From Phoronis australis (lineage: Eukaryota > Animalia > Phoronida): 64,000 bases of DNA. The DNA lies in assembly GCA_002633005.1 (NCBI GenBank), contig NMRA01000199.1, positions 645,950-709,949 on the forward strand, read 5' to 3'. The notes beneath the pieces are model-generated. The model was given only the letters and a program-made list of their open reading frames with translations, did not search any database and was not told the DNA's origin. Of this stretch, positions 52,401 through 64,000 are shown piece by piece. Every line of letters starts with the position of its first letter. The stretch's first letter is position 1. A program made the position numbers and the translations under genes.

Positions 52401-55400
52401 AGAGACTACAGTTATGCTTGTTTATCATCATCCTCATCATCATCATTATCATTATCAAATAAACAAAGTCCAGTCTTAGGAGCTTGAAAAACAATTTTAT
52501 TCAAAATTGGCTAGTTAATAACCACAAGATTTTGTCGATTTCAAAAAACTTTCTCAGAGTGGCACTTTCTCTCCTTAACATGAGGAATTCATGGAAAATG
52601 CGCTAGTAAAACCAATCGCAACTGGACTCGTTGATGCCAGATTGAATCCTGAAATCAGTAGTGAATCCAAAACAACAAACAAAAAACCAAATACCTGGAA
52701 TGCCAGTACAACTATCACGGACAAGATGATGACAACATAAAGTTGAGCTGCATCAGCAAAGATGGTGGTGAGCATGTACATGTTATGGGTGATTCCAGCA
52801 GTCTTCAACTGACCTCTGACCTTGAACTTTAAAGACAGTAGTAGAAGGTCAATAACAAGGAAACAGATCACACGGAACAAAACATCTATTTGTGCAACAA
52901 AACTGAATGGTCTAAGTAATGTTCAACGGCTTTTTTACATCAGAAGCATAGTATTAATGATTTCGACATTTTGAATCGTACTCTACAGCCCTTTGTTAAT
53001 GAATGGCTGCTTTTTTGTTTGCTGCTGTTGTTTGACCCAGAACTAGAACAGTGTCAGAGTCCTTGACATTGGCTCATGGGAGGCATCTTGGCTTCAATGA
53101 AGCGCAGCCTTTTTGACCTAGAGGGTGCACCAACGTTCTTCTTTTGGTCAATGCATACGGTGCAGCCAATAGCACCTGGATGTTCTCCAACTTCAGTGGG
53201 TTTGCACAGTTTGTTGTCAGGGGACCCACAAGCAGGAAACAACGAACAATAGAAAAAGAGACAATAGTAGCAGATAAGGTGCCCACATTTTGAGAACCAG
53301 TTTGATGCCCGTTGTTCAGTGGAGAAAATTGTTTCTCAAAATGTGGGAACATTATATCCGACTATTACCGATACTCATATCATCATCACAATGCCCTGGA
53401 CTATGTGATTTATATTTTACCGTTAATTTGACAATACAGTGTTTTACTTGTCACTTAAAAGGACATTAAACCTTATTTAGGTGATTTCAATCAATCCTTA
53501 AATCATTCCCCAGCTAATGCACCATTGGCTTCCAACACATGAGTCTTTCCCACCATTGTCATGTAACTCGACTAACGCACAGCTCAAGTTTGCTGCTTTA
53601 GTAGACTTTGTCAGGAGTTTTCAAATTCATTCCAAACTTTTAGGGGTTGAGGATATTACAGCATTATTTTGTTTTAAAGTGCTGGATGGTAAAGATGTTG
53701 ATAATTTCTGCTCATACGTCATCACTAGGTTTGATATCCATTTAACAGCTGTTTCCTTTCTACGGATTGGGTTCTTTAATGATAACCTAAGCCTTTAATA
53801 AAGAATCACATAAACTATCAGCCTCACAATGAACATAGCCCCCCACTTAACAGCAACTTTTTTCAAGTATTCAAAGTGGTCGTAATGGTTGGATATAACG
53901 TGCTCAAACTTTGAGAACCAGTTTTCTCCACTGAATAACGGGCGTCAAACTGGCATGTTATATCTGACTACTCCCAGAAGCAAACTTTTGATTTAGACCA
54001 CAAACCAAAACAACAGAGGTCTCTACTTGTTCTTTACTTAGGGGAGAAGTGATTTATTGGTTTACATAGAACTGACCGTTCGTTATATGTTGAGACCATG
54101 CTCAGGGCATCAAATGATGCGCTGTGACAATTTCTTTAGCCTGAACTCAAGCAATAACAAACTATAGGTTCTTTGGAAGCCCTGAAACCATCTCTCACTT
54201 CACTGAGGAACGCTTTGAGATCAATTTCGGAACAGAAAGTGGTCTCAATTCTTCTAAACTGATTTTTGTTATGGAAGATGTTTTATGGGCGCATTAACAG
54301 TTCATAAACAATCAAATGTTAAATTTGATTGCGGAGATGACAATGAAAACATTTAGGTTTTAACCTTGACTCACCTCTCGTTCCTTGACTATTTCCGAGG
54401 CGCCTCCAATCACAGTGAAGTTCATAGCCATGCCAAGCAACAAGACGAGGACAAATGAACCCCAATAAAATGGCGGTGTCCGCGTTAGTGCTGGCCATGG
54501 CAAACTAGTTGTCTTTATTCTAAGCAGAAATTGAGGGATTAGTATGATTGCATGAAGTCAGAAATGGCAAATATTGCCAAACATGCAGATCACCCTTTGA
54601 CCAGGTATTTGTTACCGCAAACACTACCAGTGTCAGAGGTGCTCAGTCATACAACTATAACCCAAATACTAAGAAACTGGTAAAATAATCTGTCAAAACA
54701 AAATACAGAATGCCTGAAACCAGACGGTGCCATGGAAGGAAACGCCAACCCCCTTCAATGGCTTCTTAGGCCCACCTATTGGTCAAGACAATTTTGTTTC
54801 AAATTTGATGACTGGGGATAACTACATTGAGTGAGGTAAAATTTATAAGCATATGTCTCGGATTGTACAAATTTTTTAAGATTATAATTTTATATGGTAC
54901 TGAGAACTGGTAACATTTTTTTCTAATTTTAAAAATTAAAAATGACAGCTAAATACAATTCTCAAAATTATCAAATGAGAAAATTTGAAAAGGAACTTTC
55001 ACACAGCACAACTCATCACTTGAGGTCATTAGCAATGACTAGCATCGGGAAATTCCAAGTACAAATTACGAACAAACTATGAAACTTCATTTTTGAGATC
55101 TTATGTCAACATTTTTTTAAATCAAAACGCGACAACAACATCAGTGTGACTGACATACATGACATACATAACAGCCGGGAGTATGATCGTGAATACTATG
55201 CCCCCCCCTTACGCTAACACTTGGCACAAATGCAAACAACCATTGGACCTCAAAGCCTGCTGTTCACCAGATGGCAATATTACAAAAAGCTAACTTTCAG
55301 TCGCATTTCAACCCACATACATCAAAGTCTAGACATGGGAATACCTTGTATTATCCATGTTGGTACTGTTAACGCCCCCTGGTAGGCTGACAGATGACCT

Positions 55401-58400
55401 CAAAATGCTGTTAAACATAGTGGTGATGGCAGCAGGGATCGACTGCATGGCGGAGTCGTTATACATAATGGTGATGTTCGAGTCCAATACCTGTGAAGAA
55501 ATACACTACACATGTGCATCCAGTGAATCGTGTTACGGCATCAAAACAACTTCCTTCACAAACATACTTTTCCAAAACAACATCGTAACATAATTATGGT
55601 TGGTTTGACTTAAGATGGTTGCAACAGCAGCTAAAACAGAACCCCTGGTACAAGCGAAAATGAAGCCATGTCTGATGCAGTAATGAACTTCAGTTCTTGT
55701 CAAACCAGAAATGAACTGTCAGTTATTCTCAAACCTTCGAATCAATTCAATGTGAGTAAGAAACACAGTGAGACCAATTTTGTCACCGCCAGTAGCCTGA
55801 ATCAAAAGTTGATTAGTGACAGAAAGCGCCTGTTTATTGTACAGCACGAAGACCACGAGGATTCAGAAACACTATATGGACAGTCTAGGCGTGAACAGTT
55901 ACAGAAATTTGCAGTAACAGGTAATCAAACCAACTAACTCTGGAGGAGTAGACAAATGCTCTGCCACTGGGTAACATCTCACACAGTAAATAACCGAGTA
56001 TTTTAAACGTACTATCAAAATGATGAAGACATCGGTCTTAATGTGACTGAATGCCTCGCCAGAATTGACAAGAACTTACAACAAAAATAACGGATTGTGT
56101 CAAAACTAGCAACTTCAAGAAGTTTTTCCCATCCAACAATCACAAAACTGCACTTTTCGGCCATAAACCCAATAATGTCCCTATAAATCTGAAAATCAGA
56201 CTGGATCAACAGCAAAACGAGCAATTAATGATTATTCAATGAATTTTGAAACACGCATTCGGAAAGAATCTTATCTTAATTATAAATCTTCTGGTTGTTT
56301 TCATGTATTGTCACAAATTCTAAGCAGAAAAGGAAGAACCAAACTCATGGCACCAGAAGTTTTACTTAAATTTGAAAGTGTTTGGATTCAAGCATTCTGA
56401 AGGCTGAATTTCAACAGATTGAACAAGTAATACAGGAAATCAAAAATAAAATAAAAGAGAAAAATTTTACGAAGCCACAAAGCAAAAAAAATGCAAACCT
56501 GATTTGGAGTAGTTGATGTGTTGACGGAGTAAGCGTGAATGTTGTAGCCGACCTGATGTGGAGCCACAGCCAGCAGGTCAGTTGATGAGTTGAAAGCCGC
56601 AGTAGATTGAAAGGCTTGGGAGTATAATCCATACCTGAATGAAGGATAGCCAGATTTGTAGTACGGAGGCTGGCCAAAATCTACAACATGAGGAAACAAC
56701 ACATAACTAAGGAGTCAATTATTCCGAAAATGTCAACAGGTACGAGTAAGCCGTTTTCCCACTTTGACAACAATCACAGAGATCAATGGCCGAGACTACT
56801 GCTGATTTTCAGCGCCCGCGCTGGTACATAACAATTTGCCCTTTGACTTTAGCAATGATACAAGAAACAACTAATAGAACTAATACTACAGCATTTCACC
56901 TGATTAAACGTAATGTTTGCATTGCGCAACTTGTTCATAGTGCCACTCTTATGATTAGAAGAATTGTCACGCTTATTAATTTTCTTTTCAAAGCTCAAAA
57001 TACCTTTAAATATTCTACACATAAGCCAGAAATATGTTCAAAAAGTTTCAAGTACTTTTCGGACTGTGGGAAACACATAATACAAGAGCAACGCAGAGCA
57101 TTGAAATGGGCCCACAATTGCACCGTATACGGTATCCTTCTAGGGTTGTTTATTGGAACCATAAAGTGGCCAGTAGAGGGCATATAAATATGTAGTATGT
57201 TGTACTTTGCAAAATGGAAAGGCATGGTCATTGTCTCCTCAATAGCCTAGGGGCAAAATGTGAGTGATCTTCATAATACAAGCACATACTATACATCAGT
57301 TGCTTAAAGCACCATAGAAACATAAAAACAAATTTACCAACATACGAGATTAGCACAGCATTAGAATGCCGGAAACAAATTTCTACTTGGAACTTTTCCT
57401 TCATAGTCACGAAGTAACACAAAGTATACACCTGAAGACCTATGAAANACAAAATCTTACCGACTGCCGATTCAAACAGTAGCGGACTCGACTTCAAGTA
57501 CGATTGCATTTCCAGACTGATGTGGGTAGGTGGCGCCGGCTGTGGGATGTTGACGACCATCACGTACTTGAACAAGACAATTGCTAGCACGCTGATGACG
57601 ATGGGTGCGAGCAAACGGAAGATGTAGCCACCACTTCGAACTTGAATCTTCACCCTGATCTTCATGAGCGCCCAGAAACGCAGCCAGAACACAGACTTGT
57701 CTTGCTTAACTGCTGCAGAGTTGGGGTTGGCAGTTGGCATCTCATGGAATTTGACCACGGTCTGACCCTCATCGTTTTTGCCATTTATCAATTTGTCAGT
57801 TACACCATGGTCATCCTCTGAAGTAAAATAAATAATTGAATTGTTTGTATCAAGTTTGAAGTCAAAAGGTCTTTACAGTAAAAACAGCATCACACTGATG
57901 AAACAAAATAATTAAAGTAGAAAGACGCTCTAAATTTCCTGCCTATTGTCCATGGTTTTTGAGAAGCAGCCAGAACGTTGACAGAGTTTGAGTGAAACAA
58001 TTATTCGAATCTCAATTTTAAAAACTGATCCGACAGACATAATCCGCGGAATATTATGACAAAACTTCAACACTTCAGAACATGCTGGACAAGTGACTTA
58101 CTTCCCCAGTTTTTAACAAAACAGTAGCAGAAACTCAGTGCCATAACAATTTGAAGTTCTATATCATAACTACCATTGATAACATACACTTGAAAAATGT
58201 TCTAATTCACGGCATTGAGAGAGACCATCCTGAGAAATCCCTTCACTACAGGCCAACAGCATGCACAATATACAAAGATTAATTAAAACAGCACAAAATT
58301 ACTCTTCCAGGATACTTAGAAGACTTGCCACCAATAAGTTAACAATTACATTTCTATTCACACTTCGTCAAATGCCAAGAGGGGATTTCAAAGAGTAGAA

Positions 58401-61400
58401 AATAGGGACTTCAGTGACTGACTATGTGCACAACGAGTACTCACCTAGTTTTAAAAATACTTCTTCCAACGTTGTCATAGAGACTCCATAACTACTAATG
58501 CCCAATCTCTCTGAAGCCGCCTGGTGATCAGGGCCCTCTTCTTCAAGATTTCCAAAAAGGTCTTGAAAGAGAAAAAATGGCAACTGAACAAGAAAAAATA
58601 CATAACAATATTTAATACTTAAAAGAGACAGGCAAATTGATGCAATTCATAAACCATTAATATCGAACTATTGCATTCGGATGCAAGGAATTAATAGTAT
58701 TCCCCTGCCACCCAGAGACCAGAAAAGTATGAGGCTTCGAGTGATTATGTTTTATAAATCCCACACAGTTCCTTGGAAACACAAGTTAACTGCCTAATGT
58801 GACCAGATTCTATTCATCTAATAGAACATACCAGCAAATTTTTCAACGTCTTCATAAGGCAAGGTAAAGTCCAACTCTTTCCCATACAGCCGCCCTTCAC
58901 CTGCATTAGGCACGTGCTTGTGAACAAACTCATCAACCACTCCAACACTGCACTCCTCTGGTTTGATAACCATACTAAAAACATCAATAAACAGCTGGAA
59001 AAGAGGCAGAAATAACATGCTGTCCTATTCAAATAGCGCTACGTTGCTTAGCAGTACTGAGATGATTACCAAAAGATTTTTGGTATAATTGTCCAAGTTA
59101 ACAGCAAGAGGCACTCAAATTGGGAAACCTAAAAATCAAAGGATGGCCGTTAAGCCGAGTACGTGTGCTTAGAAACAAAAATATTTTTGAGAAATTGGCG
59201 GTGAGAGTTTACCGAAATGATCGTTTTGGATAAATGCTCAGAAAGAAGATGCGCCCATGTTGGACTTGCACACAAGAGTCTACTAACAAAACAAAGTTGG
59301 ACTGGATCAGATTCGTGCAAGAATTAATGAAGAAATACAATTTAGCTGTATTGGAGACTGGTTTTGCCCCACCCACATACAAACACCACATAATTTAACT
59401 AAATGTAGACATATAGAAATACAAATTAAAAGCAAAGAAGTTCAAATGAATCTTGGAAACTTTTGGACAGTTTCGTGGACTGAGAGAATTTTACATAGTG
59501 CATATTATTATTTATCGTAGCTAAAAAACAAGCAAAGCAGGTTACAGGCTACATCCTGCAACATGACCCTCAGACTGCCAAGTTTTTCTTTGTTAAACAC
59601 ATTTCTGGTGTATTATGCAAACAGCTTGTATTTTATTCCATTAGTCAATGGTGCAGACGTTTTCTGTGTTGTTTTGCTTGCCAGAATAAGCTCCAAGTAA
59701 CATCCAGCCTCGGTTCGCATTTCTGCCGCTAGGTGTCACTTCACATTCTTAAATTTCACTGTTAGCAACTCTTCTACTAAAGTGAAGCATGTAATGTGAG
59801 TGTATTATCGTTAAATACAAAAATAATGAAGAGACCCGATTAGTTGTTTTACAAAAAAAGTTTGAAAATCATTGTTTTTACAAATAACCACAAAAAAAAT
59901 AGAAAATAAAATTTCAAGAAAAAATTCAATTCCAGAAAATGTGTGGTTCGACTCCCATATGATAAAGTCTCTGTAGTATTGCTAAAGATAACAGTTAGGA
60001 AGGAGCTGGTATTCATTATCATGTGTGAATAAATGGTCCTATTTCCTCCTGACACTTCCACTCAACATCCCTCCTCATTTTTGTTTCCACCCTTCCTATT
60101 GGAAGTAAGAGATTCACACTGAAAGAAAAATCCCTTCTTGCGTATAAGAAAAGCTTAATCAAGAAACTGCAGAAAACAAAAACATGGCAAGAGAGCAATG
60201 AAACAAATCACAATAGATGGCACTCTCAATTCTGTCTGTTCAGGGTTTAATACAATTTTGTCCCTGATTCGGCCCACAATGCAATTCTTTAACTAGCAGC
60301 AACTTACTTCAGATGGTAACCAACTCCAAACTTGTTCTTCAAGAAGAGGGAAGATCCGACACATTTCAGTTCTCCCTTAGAGATGACAGCCTTGCGATCT
60401 GAAAGAACATTGGGGCAGTGAGGACATAGCCCTGACAAGGGGTGAAGGTTTCAATTTTCCGGTATTCATGTGTATCACCTTTTCACCATTTTGATACAAA
60501 TTTGGGGTGCCAACTTGTCAGGCAAATTGATGAGGCACCATTGTATATCGAAATTTGGATGCAGAACTTGAAAGCAGCAATAATGACATCCATGCTACAG
60601 ACGTTAATTTTTAAGTTATTTCAAAGGAAAAAATAATTTGATAAATTTGAAAGGATACTTATTGAAAAGGAAGTACATTTGGCAAACAAACCTGCCAAGA
60701 TGTCGGCTTCATCCATGAAATGAGTCGTCAACAAGATAACACGGCCAGGTCTGCGATTCTTCAGTACAGACCAGACATGGCGGCGAGAATAAGGGTCCAT
60801 CCCAGCCGTGGGTTCATCCAAGAAAATCACCTGAGACGAAACATTGACTTGGAAACTCCAAAGATGACAAATTATGTTGAGCATATTAGGTAACTTTGCA
60901 TGATCACAAGAGTGGAGTATTCGATACGCTAAATATGTTGAACTTGCTTGGTAAACCTTGCACGATCACAAGACTGAAGTATGTATTATGCAAAAGCAGT
61001 TACAGACACTTCACTAAATGTTTACAATAAATAAGTCAAGCCCAGAGAGTGTGGGGTCCACTGTATATGGGAGTCAGAATACAAATAACAACATGTACAA
61101 AAAAATGAACTAAAATCTGACACAACTGATGAGTCCTTCACTTTCCGTTTCTAAATCCATTAAAGCAAATCTCAATTCTGTCTCTCTGATAAACAAAATA
61201 TTGAAATTACATTTGGCCATTTTCTGTTTACTATAAGCAATATTTCTCAAGTAGAATATCAGAAAGATAGTGCCACCCTCACAACAAATGCAACTTCTTG
61301 AATATGAGAGCTGGATCAACCTTTGACAACAGATTTAATAAATATCTGGAAAATAACAAATCTCAAAACATCTCAATTTTCTGAAATATGCAGGAATGAC

Positions 61401-63369
61401 AAGATTCCATCACAAATTCCATCGGTACTCTTCATTGAGAAAACTATGACTTTTAGAGTTGCCTGATCTCAACTAACCTTGGGGTCACCAATCAGCGCCA
61501 TAGCCAGAGACAGTTTGCGTTTCTGCCCTCCACTCAAATCCTTGGACAAAGAGTCGGCTTTGTCTAACATATCTACCTCATCCAAAGACTGAGTGATCTA
61601 TAAGGCAGATAAAATTAGCGACTTAATTAAAACGGTATAAAACATCGTACCAACACTGGGTAAGTATTACTTCACCCTTAAACCAAAAGTCAAGTGATGA
61701 ACACAGATGTAGGGATTACATAAGTCAAGTGATGAACTCAGATGTAGGGATTACAAAAGTCAAGTGATGAACGCAGATGTAGGGATTACAAAAGTCAAGT
61801 GATGAATACAGATGTAGGGATTACAAAAGTCAAGTGATAAACGCAGATGTAGGGATTACAAAAGTCAAGTGATGAACTCAGACATAGGGATTACAAAAGT
61901 CAAGTGATGAACACAGATGTAGGGATTACAAAAGTCAAGTGATGAACTCAGATGTAGGGATTACAAAAGTCAAGTGATGAACACAGATGTAGGGATTACA
62001 AAAGTCAAGTGATGAATACAGACGTAGGGATTACAAAAGCATTTCATAATAAGCCCAATGTGTCGCTCCATGTACCCAATTCACTAGATGATTAGAGGTT
62101 TCTTTACGAGTGGCTATTAGGCAATCTTAAGATCTCATAAGACGTAGTGACATAACATGCAAATGCGCTCCACGAGTATTTCTTTTTTAAATTTCAATTT
62201 AACGTATCGTTTGATTAAAGTTTTGTTTTTTTCCACGAGTATTTCTTTTTTAAATTTCAATTTGATGTATAGTTCGATTAAAGTTTTGTTTTTTTCCACA
62301 TCGGTTATTTTGGAGATATCTAATATTGAGATCCACAAGTACAAATTGTTTTACCCGTTTCTCAATGTTCTCCCGTGGGACTCCTGACAACAGTCCAAAA
62401 ATGTAGAGGTGCTCCTTTGCGGTAAGTGTGGGGAACAGGATGTTCTCCTGCGGACAAACACCGGTGAACGAGCGGATATGTACCATGTCACTGGAGTCGG
62501 ACACATCCTGCAATTAACCAGGTCATGCTATAAAATGCCTTGAGTTTGTTATACAATGTGACGAGTTTTAAGTCACAAGTGACAGGTTATTTTTAAAACA
62601 AATGAGCACATCAGTACTCAAAGTACAGAAGAATCTCCCCAATTTAGAACACAATATGGCGGACATATGATGTATTATCTAGTTCTCGTTTTGTTCCCAA
62701 TAATTATTTAGCACCAAAATAATGTTTTTCATGTACACGTTCTGCACCATAGTTCCAACAGACAATAATTTTAACAAATGTGGCCAATCGCAACAATGAA
62801 AAGACCTTGGAAATTAGGCAATTTTGGGGCAATCACTTTTGCCAGAAATGGGTGAAATTTTATATTTGTCTTGTTTTCTTATCTTTTAGTGACTGTTGTT
62901 GTCATTGATAGCGTCATTTTAGTTGAGCCTTGAAGATGACACAATCAAATGTGGCTGCCATTTTATTCAGTTTGTTGTCTCCTTGTGACCTGCTCAGTAG
63001 TAAGTTGTTCTTTGATGATCAACAAACTGAGAAGTTGAATGAGACAGTGTGTATTGAAGTTTTAAACACCCATAGTTAGCTTATCTTTATACGTAAACAC
63101 CCTAAAACAGTCCAGATACGAAGTGTCCGTTATGCATGTAAACTTTCTAAATTTCTGCATCATGACTGACAAATTAACAATGGTAGAACCTCCACTGATA
63201 GGACTTTTCCCGATGGACAACCATCCTCCATTTCTGCGGTGTAGGGGAACTAGTCGGCACAATATTCACAAGAAATTTCCTGAACTAAATAGATTAACTG
63301 TATCGTTCTCACCATGCCAAAGATGCTAGCCTTTCCACTAGTGGGCGTCACCAGTCCTGTCAACATGTT
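40480..63369 (-). CDS. ABCA5: ABC transporter subfamily A, ABCA5-like (part of NBD1, TMD2, NBD2 and C-terminus; ~1180 aa in window)
   Basis: Exons 5' to 3': 63313-63369 (partial), 62355-62507, 61478-61597, 60692-60830, 60308-60398, 58832-58974, 58445-58561, 57461-57817, 56499-56680, 55345-55490, 54375-54519, 52695-52826, 52234-52389, 51494-51640, 49775-49870, 49224-49445, 47235-47312, 45570-45704, 44633-44805, 44244-44319, 43610-43704, 41886-42005, 40865-41165, 40480-40641. All introns are GT-AG with compatible phases, totalling 3543 nt. Motifs: [100 protein letters not shown] is certain; the ABCA5 clade is inferred from motifs. Confidence 0.93.
41330..41800. repeat. Degenerate ~32-bp intronic minisatellite
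   Basis: Recurrent aaa(a/g)ctaaattaccc(a/t)actgag...atac units. Confidence 0.65.
42190..42853. mobile_element. Degenerate MITE related to the 1918-2350 type
   Basis: Left ggaccgtttcatgaaaact; reverse-complemented right gggctgtttcatggaact. Subterminal cttaagac/gtcttaag repeats in opposite orientations. Confidence 0.5.
46845..46990. repeat. Degenerate ~21-bp tandem repeat
   Basis: ttgactgtatacattgtaca / ttgactacatacatgcaatg / ttgactgtatatatcgtaca units. Confidence 0.65.
47481..47976. mobile_element. hAT-like MITE
   Basis: Perfect 11-bp TIR caggcctttat...ataaaggcctg; flanks ccttttag and ccacttag (6/8); subterminal ggacgccc/ggacaccc repeats. Confidence 0.7.
48478..48556. repeat. 12-bp tandem repeat (atgacaggtcac)x~6
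   Basis: Directly visible; it produces the SCDL repeats in spurious ORF 48314-48544. Confidence 0.85.
50230..50445 (+). mobile_element. Penelope-like GIY-YIG endonuclease C-terminal remnant
   Basis: [19 protein letters not shown]...[14 protein letters not shown] followed by a broken PSLNK, resembling the PLE pattern QHRR..SG..SAV..HL...VKILD.E.RWFERGVKE...PSLN. Confidence 0.55.
61685..62039. repeat. 35-bp minisatellite, 10 near-perfect copies, intronic
   Basis: Unit aaaagtcaagtgatgaacacagatgtagggattac starting at 61685, 61720 ... 62000, with variation mostly at positions 18-19. Confidence 0.95.
62169..62299. repeat. 63-bp tandem duplication (~2 copies)
   Basis: tccacgagtatttcttttttaaatttcaattt...gattaaagttttgtttttt at 62169 and 62232, with tccac again at 62295. 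Confidence 0.85.
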
Positions 63370-64000
63370 TCACGTGGACTCTCAGGAGGAGTTGTTGTTG
63401 GGGATAATGGCGGTAAAGGTGGCGTCACTGATCGCGATGTGCCTTCCGTTTCGTATATGTCATTTTCATCACTTGCAAGGTCTTCTGCCATGAATATCGA
63501 GTCCTCTTCAGTAATTTCAACACTCTCCCTTCTATTGTTCACTGGCATTTTGCCAGGAGATGAAGCCCGTCTTCCCATGAATGGAACAGCTTTTGTTTTG
63601 GTGCGTTCTCTAGGAGTACGTGCATTGTCTTTGTGCAATTTTTCAGAGTCTACGATTTGTCTCCTGCTTTCTTCATCAGTTATGCTTTTCCTCCGAAGCT
63701 CAATTATTTTCTGTCTTTTTTTTTCGACTTCATGATCACGTTTTATTTGGTCTTTTTGCTGTTTTAGAAAAACTGCCTTTTCACTAATAATACCATCTTG
63801 CCTAAATTTTTGTTCCAATACTGAGTTTTCTTCCTCAGTATCATCCTTTTGGTTCATCACAGAACTTGCGCTTCTGTTCGTACTATGACTGTCATGTCGT
63901 GAACTTTGACCTGACGCTTGACCCCTGGCATCATAGTCGCTCAAATGTGAGTCATCGAGACGAGCATTACCAACACCGTTTCTCAATTGCACCATTTGAA
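63360..64000 (-). CDS. Unidentified long ORF (>=211 aa, open at window edge), charged and S/P-rich, not ABCA
   Basis: More than 630 nt without a stop in AT-rich DNA. It has a coiled-coil-like K/E/Q/R stretch and a TPPLPPLSPTTTPPESP tail, and it abuts the broken ABCA exon. Confidence 0.55.
   Translation of the reverse strand, partial: QMVQLRNGVGNARLDDSHLSDYDARGQASGQSSRHDSHSTNRSASSVMNQKDDTEEENSVLEQKFRQDGIISEKAVFLKQQKDQIKRDHEVEKKRQKIIELRRKSITDEESRRQIVDSEKLHKDNARTPRERTKTKAVPFMGRRASSPGKMPVNNRRESVEITEEDSIFMAEDLASDENDIYETEGTSRSVTPPLPPLSPTTTPPESPRETC

Noticed and set aside
61685-62039. CRISPR array or box C/D snoRNA cluster (GTGATGA in every unit)
   Set aside because: Units are head-to-tail with no unique spacers, there are no cas genes and the context is eukaryotic. 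The C-box word is antisense to the host intron and has no matching D box.

Overview
AT-rich metazoan genomic DNA (probably a marine invertebrate; spliceosomal GT-AG genes, no prokaryotic features). Left: 5' exons of a minus-strand calponin-homology (CH) domain gene (~1.3-4.6 kb). Middle (6.5-30.2 kb): a tandem segmental array of a ~11-12 kb unit. Each unit has a decayed CR1/L2-type LINE and a small three-exon prepropeptide gene that the ORF track misses. That gene encodes a signal peptide, an acidic pro-region and a basic cleavage site, followed by a C-terminal C-x4-C heptapeptide (NCLMAWC in copy A, ACVQVWC in copy B) that is hypervariable between copies. A third copy is predicted inside the N-gap. 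Next is a young 5'-truncated RLE-type (HERO/NeSL-like) retrotransposon at 32.0-33.3 kb. Right (40.5-63.4 kb): 24 exons of an ABCA5-like transporter on the minus strand, in frame throughout, whose NBD1 Walker-A exon is broken by an abrupt junction with an unrelated long ORF at ~63.37 kb. Several MITEs, Penelope remnants and minisatellites are scattered through the window. All coordinates were read by eye and no database searches were run.
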